Below, piece after piece: positions 59,601 through 64,000 of a stretch of 64,000 nt of DNA. The DNA is from Flectonema sp. DT1601 (taxonomy: Eukaryota). Below the pieces are notes generated by a model. That model saw nothing but the letters and a program-made list of their open reading frames with translations, did no database searches and was not told where the DNA came from. Each line of letters starts with the position of its first letter. Position 1 is the first letter of the stretch. The stretch covers positions 682,001 through 746,000 of the forward strand of contig OZ025793.1 in NCBI GenBank assembly GCA_964019425.1, read 5' to 3'. The position numbers and the translations under genes were made by a program.

Positions 59601-60023
59601 GCTCTGGAAAACGATGGGAAGGAGGAAGGAAGTGTTGTGGCTTTTGAAATCGAAGGGGGAAGCGCTGTGGGACTGGTGCGCGCTTTCAACAAGAAGCAAC
59701 TTCCCGGAGTTGTAGCCATGCACGAAGAGTGGGAGATGCAGAGAGGAGCTGCAGATGATGATGAAACTGCGGTAGAAGAAGAGAAGAGCAAGAAGGAAGA
59801 TGAGAGCAGCAAGGGTTTTCTTCCTATCTTGATAACAGCTGTGTCGGTGGTTGCCGGATGTGTGTTGGTGGCTGTTGCTACCGTGTTCTACAGACGGTCG
59901 AAGGCGGCTGACGATTTCGCTGCTAGTCACCAAGGTATCGACATGACCTCTCTGACAACGATGAGCCATCCTGCGGTCAACAACGAGGAGAAGAAAGACT
60001 TCGTTTCTGAGTTGCGCATTTGA
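56676..60023 (+). CDS. Mucin-like type I surface protein: truncated non-catalytic GH18-like domain, Pro/Thr/Glu repeat stalk, CBM1-like Cys module, TM (copy 1, ~1,115 aa)
   Basis: Signal peptide; GKKVILEFG and GFDGIDVDFNY (GH18 beta3/beta4 motifs); repeats; WGSC...CCSDGLKC; TM ILITAVSVVAGCVLVAVATVFY followed by RR. Confidence 0.85.
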   Translation: MIKEGIPLLLLSLARGADCFQNPTSAAYVENWKTCPTADQTDGFKTLLISSAVTYDGSPGMNSCNTQCEIGSPVPVCDNQANAMLVSQWQSDGKKVILEFGDGGMDGSGSQRNGGGSSTTGNDCWEYCFGKEGFVAKQLIDIVLNQGFDGIDVDFNYQSSDPRKNAKGQFFLHGLTQKLLQQLPADKELSHGMLAKPFPAPTNPTTPSGPSINRWRRPPSRRTPPSRRTRPGKPGCKPTPPPCTPRPPYTPRPPYTPPPQPPKPTAVPTSVPTAVPTSVPTAVPTSVPIVPTSVPTAVPTSVPIVPTSVPTAVPTSVPIVPTSVPTAVPTSVPIVPTSVPTAVPTSVPIVPTSVPTAVPTAVPTSVPIVPTAVPTVPTPQPEGETPTPQPSQPTPTPPGQPTPTPPGQSTPTPPGQSTPTPPGQPTPTPPGQSTPTPPGQPTPTPPGQPTPTPQPEDGSQPTPTPQPEGETPTPPGQPTPQPEDGSQPTPTPQPEGESPTPQPEEGGGPTPQPEGESPTPQPEEGGGPTPQPEGESPTPQPEEGGGPTPQPEGESPTPQPEEGGGPTPQPEGESPTPQPEEGGGPTPQPEGEEGGGPTPQPEGEEGGGPTPQPEGEEGGGPTPQPEGEEGGGPTPQPEGEEGGGPTPQPEGEEGGGPTPQPEGEEGGGPTPQPEGEEGGGPTPQPEGEEGGGPTPQPEGEEGGGPTPQPEGEEGGGPTPQPEGEEGGESPTPQPEGEEGGGEPTPQPDEEGEEGGPTPQPEEGGEGPGEGGEGPFPGEGGEGEQINACGETISEWGSCIAAPHCCSDGLKCFQRSAGSARCAKACEGEACREFGSSEPPVSGGELGEKAPVCGNCESGKKGGVYCTSRGKGAKNTCSAIPKSGTCPAGKTKCFGSASEASRARKLVRLVLRRGIDSFAKTQFGNMLQGLFNPEVQISFKFICPSSACPQGSCGGASVGDSSTCLKLDGTDSRRAAALENDGKEEGSVVAFEIEGGSAVGLVRAFNKKQLPGVVAMHEEWEMQRGAADDDETAVEEEKSKKEDESSKGFLPILITAVSVVAGCVLVAVATVFYRRSKAADDFAASHQGIDMTSLTTMSHPAVNNEEKKDFVSELRI
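57400..59020 (+). repeat. Coding minisatellites: PTSVPTAV/PIV, PTPPGQ(P/S)T (24 nt), PTPQPEGES/EGGG (60 nt), PTPQPEGEEGGG (36 nt)
   Basis: Directly visible tandem units. Confidence 0.95.
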
Positions 60024-60890
60024 GCAAAGCGGGACTCTAATAAAATAACTAGCAGTTTTTGAAGATGATGCGACTTTCAGGTGAGAATTCGCTAGAAAAT
60101 AGAGTTCCCTTTGTTGGACAATTCCTTTTTCAACGAGTATCTTCATGCAATCAAATCAAGAAAAAAAAGAAGAAAAAAAAAAGAATGTTTTATATAAAAT
60201 GATGTGTTTTAATTATGATTTCCTCTCCAGTATTATATTACTAGCGGATTGCAGAAGGCCCGCTTGGCTCATTTTGCTTCCTCTTTCGTTAATCCCTTTA
60301 TAAAATTATATACCCTGAAAAAAACAGGGGAGGAATATTAGCCTGCAAGGTTTTATTTCTCAAACTCACTTCCTCACTTCCTCACCCCCTCTTACTGATG
60401 TATTGCTCTGTTAGGGTGACCGACGATCACCATGCAACCCTTTTAGTTAAATGGAAAAAGGGGAGGCCTGTCAAGCTTAATTTGTTCCCTTGCAAGGCCA
60501 CTCACCCACTCAATCTTACTGACTGTTGGGGTGATCGACGATCACTTGTTTGCCTGTCCCACTATTGTGTTGGTGACGTAGTGCTTCAAAGTGACGCACC
60601 TTTTTAATTTTCTTTTCAATCACCGTGCACCCAACTGCACGATGGTGCCTCACTCTACACCACTTTACCCAATATATCGATGGTCGATGCCTAACATACC
60701 AATGCGCTCTAACTGATGATGGTAACTTAATTGACTTTCGGGTTGGGAATGCAACGGTTGAAGACATTCTGGCTCCGATATCCTTTTTGACGGTCTTCTT
60801 ATTCTTATTCTTATTCTAATTCTTAGATGGCTAATCATTAGCTGCTACGTTGCAACTTATTTTTATTTCTTTATCAGGGTATCGTTAAAA

Positions 60891-61168
60891 GTATGCGAGA
60901 GAGGAGGAGAAATGATTTTAACTTTTTTCAAAACTAGTTTTTCGATTGGGGAAGAAAAAAAAAAAAAAAAAAACGGAACTCTAAATGGAGACTCTGAAAG
61001 CGAAACATACATATCAGAGATAACCTAAGCCGGAGTTGAGAAGGTCGTCAACGGAAGGAATGAAAGTAATGGAAAGTTTGTACCAGTACGGCAGCAGATC
61101 TGGTTTCTGGAGACTACGTTCATTTATTTAAAACTACTAAAACACTTTTGACAGTATTTGCTGTCACT
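60891..61168 (+). pseudogene. Decayed puuE 5' leader + coding fragment (copy B)
   Basis: 60891-~60960 matches the puuE upstream region 55279-55352, then an expanded A run, then sequence matching ~55482-55664. Confidence 0.9.
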
Positions 61169-61277
61169 GTATTCGATACTTACATTACGATATGTTGATT
61201 GGAATATTATTGGTGAATTCCCTTGTTGCTTTCCCTTATTATTTTCACTAAACAGTTTGCTTCTTAAAACACGAAAC

Positions 61278-64000
61278 ATGATTAAGGAAGGAATTCCACT
61301 GTTGCTGCTGTCACTCGCTCGTGGAGCTGATTGTTTTCAGAACCCCACCAGTGCTGCGTATGTCGAGAACTGGAAAACCTGCCCGACTGCTGATCAGACC
61401 GACGGGTTCAAGACGCTGTTGATCTCCTCTGCGGTAACTTATGACGGATCACCCGGTATGAACAGCTGTAACACTCAATGTGAGATCGGGAGTCCGGTTC
61501 CGGTTTGCGACAACCAAGCAAACGCAATGCTGGTATCGCAGTGGCAGTCAGATGGAAAGAAAGTCATCTTGGAGTTCGGTGATGGCGGAATGGACGGTTC
61601 CGGTTCGCAACGGAACGGTGGCGGCAGCAGCACCACTGGCAACGACTGCTGGGAATATTGTTTTGGAAAGGAAGGGTTTGTAGCCAAGCAACTTATTGAT
61701 ATCGTACTCAATCAGGGATTTGATGGAATTGACGTCGACTTCAATTACCAGTCGTCGGATCCCCGAAAAAATGCGAAGGGACAGTTTTTCCTGCACGGCC
61801 TGACGCAGAAGCTTCTGCAACAGCTTCCTGCAGACAAGGAGCTCTCACACGGCATGTTGGCGAAGCCGTTCCCTGCACCGACCAATCCGACGACACCGTC
61901 TGGGCCTTCGATTAATCGTTGGAGAAGACCTCCTTCACGGAGAACCCCTCCTTCACGGAGAACCCGACCTGGTAAGCCCGGCTGCAAGCCGACTCCGCCG
62001 CCATGCACACCTCGCCCGCCATACACACCTCGCCCGCCATACACACCACCACCTCAGCCTCCAAAGCCAACAGCTGTGCCGACATCCGTACCAACAGCTG
62101 TGCCGACATCTGTGCCAATTGTACCGACATCCGTGCCAACAGCTGTACCAACTTCTGTGCCAATTGTACCGACATCCGTACCGACAGCTGTTCCAACTTC
62201 TGTGCCAATTGTACCGACATCCGTACCGACAGCTGTTCCAACTTCTGTGCCAATTGTACCGACATCCGTACCGACAGCTGTGCCAACATCCGTACCAATT
62301 GTACCGACATCCGTGCCAACAGCTGTACCAACATCTGTGCCAATTGTACCGACATCCGTGCCAACAGCTGTGCCAACAGCTGTGCCAACATCTGTGCCAA
62401 TTGTACCAACAGCTGTGCCAACTGTACCAACACCGCAGCCGGAAGGAGAAACGCCAACTCCACAACCCAGCCAGCCAACGCCAACTCCACCAGGCCAATC
62501 AACGCCAACTCCACCCGGCCAGCCGACGCCAACTCCACCTGGGCAGTCAACGCCAACTCCACCCGGCCAGCCAACGCCAACTCCACCAGGCCAATCAACG
62601 CCAACTCCACCAGGCCAATCAACGCCAACTCCACCCGGCCAGCCAACTCCAACTCCACCCGGCCAGTCAACACCAACTCCACCCGGCCAGCCAACTCCAA
62701 CTCCACCCGGCCAGCCAACGCCAACTCCACAACCTGAAGATGGCAGTCAGCCAACGCCAACACCGCAGCCAGAAGGAGAAACGCCAACTCCACCCGGCCA
62801 GCCAACACCACAACCTGAAGATGGCAGCCAGCCAACGCCAACACCGCAGCCGGAAGGAGAATCACCAACACCGCAGCCTGAAGAAGGAGGTGGACCAACT
62901 CCCCAGCCAGAAGGCGAATCACCAACACCGCAACCTGAAGAAGGAGGTGGGCCAACTCCCCAGCCAGAAGGTGAATCACCAACACCGCAGCCTGAAGAAG
63001 GAGGTGGGCCAACTCCCCAGCCAGAAGGTGAATCACCAACACCGCAGCCTGAAGAAGGAGGTGGGCCAACTCCCCAGCCAGAAGGCGAATCACCAACTCC
63101 GCAACCCGAAGAAGGAGGTGGGCCAACTCCACAACCTGAAGGAGAAGAAGGTGGCGGACCTACTCCACAACCTGAAGGAGAAGAAGGTGGCGGACCTACT
63201 CCACAACCTGAAGGAGAAGAAGGTGGCGGACCAACTCCACAACCTGAAGGAGAAGAAGGTGGCGGACCAACTCCACAACCTGAAGGAGAAGAAGGTGGCG
63301 GACCAACTCCACAACCTGAAGGAGAAGAAGGTGGCGGACCGACTCCACAACCTGAAGGAGAAGAAGGTGGCGGACCGACTCCACAACCTGAAGGAGAAGA
63401 AGGTGGCGGACCAACTCCACAACCTGAAGGAGAAGAGGGTGGTGAATCACCAACACCGCAGCCTGAAGGAGAAGAAGGTGGCGGCGAACCTACCCCCCAA
63501 CCTGATGAAGAAGGCGAAGAAGGTGGACCGACTCCGCAACCAGAAGAAGGAGGGGAAGGACCAGGAGAAGGAGGGGAAGGACCATTTCCGGGAGAAGGGG
63601 GCGAAGGAGAACAAATCAACGCCTGCGGTGAGACTATCTCGGAGTGGGGAAGTTGCATTGCCGCACCGCACTGCTGCTCTGACGGTCTGAAGTGTTTTCA
63701 GAGAAGCGCGGGATCGGCTAGATGTGCAAAAGCTTGTGAAGGCGAGGCTTGCAGGGAATTCGGAAGTAGCGAGCCTCCAGTGTCGGGGGGAGAGCTGGGG
63801 GAGAAGGCACCTGTTTGCGGAAATTGCGAAAGCGGGAAGAAGGGAGGTGTGTACTGTACGAGTAGGGGAAAGGGTGCAAAGAACACGTGCAGTGCGATCC
63901 CGAAGTCGGGTACCTGTCCTGCTGGGAAGACGAAATGCTTTGGTAGTGCGAGCGAGGCGTCTAGAGCGAGAAAGTTGGTGCGGTTGGTGTTGAGAAGGGG
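61278..64000 (+). CDS. Second tandem copy of the GH18-like mucin surface protein (runs off the window end)
   Basis: Near-identical to 56676 onward at offset 4,602; differs in repeat copy number; absent from the ORF track because no stop occurs in the window. Confidence 0.88.
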   Translation, partial: MIKEGIPLLLLSLARGADCFQNPTSAAYVENWKTCPTADQTDGFKTLLISSAVTYDGSPGMNSCNTQCEIGSPVPVCDNQANAMLVSQWQSDGKKVILEFGDGGMDGSGSQRNGGGSSTTGNDCWEYCFGKEGFVAKQLIDIVLNQGFDGIDVDFNYQSSDPRKNAKGQFFLHGLTQKLLQQLPADKELSHGMLAKPFPAPTNPTTPSGPSINRWRRPPSRRTPPSRRTRPGKPGCKPTPPPCTPRPPYTPRPPYTPPPQPPKPTAVPTSVPTAVPTSVPIVPTSVPTAVPTSVPIVPTSVPTAVPTSVPIVPTSVPTAVPTSVPIVPTSVPTAVPTSVPIVPTSVPTAVPTSVPIVPTSVPTAVPTAVPTSVPIVPTAVPTVPTPQPEGETPTPQPSQPTPTPPGQSTPTPPGQPTPTPPGQSTPTPPGQPTPTPPGQSTPTPPGQSTPTPPGQPTPTPPGQSTPTPPGQPTPTPPGQPTPTPQPEDGSQPTPTPQPEGETPTPPGQPTPQPEDGSQPTPTPQPEGESPTPQPEEGGGPTPQPEGESPTPQPEEGGGPTPQPEGESPTPQPEEGGGPTPQPEGESPTPQPEEGGGPTPQPEGESPTPQPEEGGGPTPQPEGEEGGGPTPQPEGEEGGGPTPQPEGEEGGGPTPQPEGEEGGGPTPQPEGEEGGGPTPQPEGEEGGGPTPQPEGEEGGGPTPQPEGEEGGGPTPQPEGEEGGESPTPQPEGEEGGGEPTPQPDEEGEEGGPTPQPEEGGEGPGEGGEGPFPGEGGEGEQINACGETISEWGSCIAAPHCCSDGLKCFQRSAGSARCAKACEGEACREFGSSEPPVSGGELGEKAPVCGNCESGKKGGVYCTSRGKGAKNTCSAIPKSGTCPAGKTKCFGSASEASRARKLVRLVLRR

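Larger units (their letters stand above)
56386..64000 (+). repeat. Recent tandem duplication, ~4.6-kb period
   Basis: Near-identity between 56386+ and 60988+, including the non-coding leader. Confidence 0.92.

Noticed and set aside
60398..60819. Short ORFs between the duplicated genes
   Set aside because: Under 85 aa, with no motifs or splice support.
57143..63993. Long antisense and alternate-frame ORFs over the mucin repeats, and similar ones at 713-1048
   Set aside because: Shadow frames of low-complexity coding repeats.

Overview
Eukaryotic, AT-rich genomic DNA, most likely a euglenozoan protist such as a diplonemid (inferred from gene content and layout, not proven). All ~15 credible protein-coding genes lie on the + strand, separated by poly-T/poly-A-rich spacers, like a unidirectional, possibly trans-spliced gene cluster. 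Six ORFs in the track (2894-23276) join through five GT-AG introns into one ~5,546-aa type I membrane protein with 25 Calx-beta-like repeats, a long Cys-rich repeat stalk, EGF-like modules, a TM helix and a tail. Its first intron holds nine ~149-bp tandem units, each with a box C/D'/C'/D layout and an 11-nt element complementary to a conserved SSU rRNA motif, i.e. a candidate intronic tandem snoRNA array. Other genes: a PT-repeat membrane protein, a hypothetical protein, a coiled-coil protein, a ubiquitin-like/ankyrin protein, a small mitochondrial-type membrane protein, UCH37, a degenerate ABCC transporter with a Cys/His insert, a class III adenylate cyclase, a divergent ADP/ATP carrier, an EF-hand/WD40 protein with a hidden in-frame intron, a PuuE-type allantoinase, and two tandem copies of a mucin-like surface protein with a truncated, non-catalytic GH18-like domain, each preceded by a decayed piece of puuE. 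All calls come from reading the sequence by eye; no searches were run.
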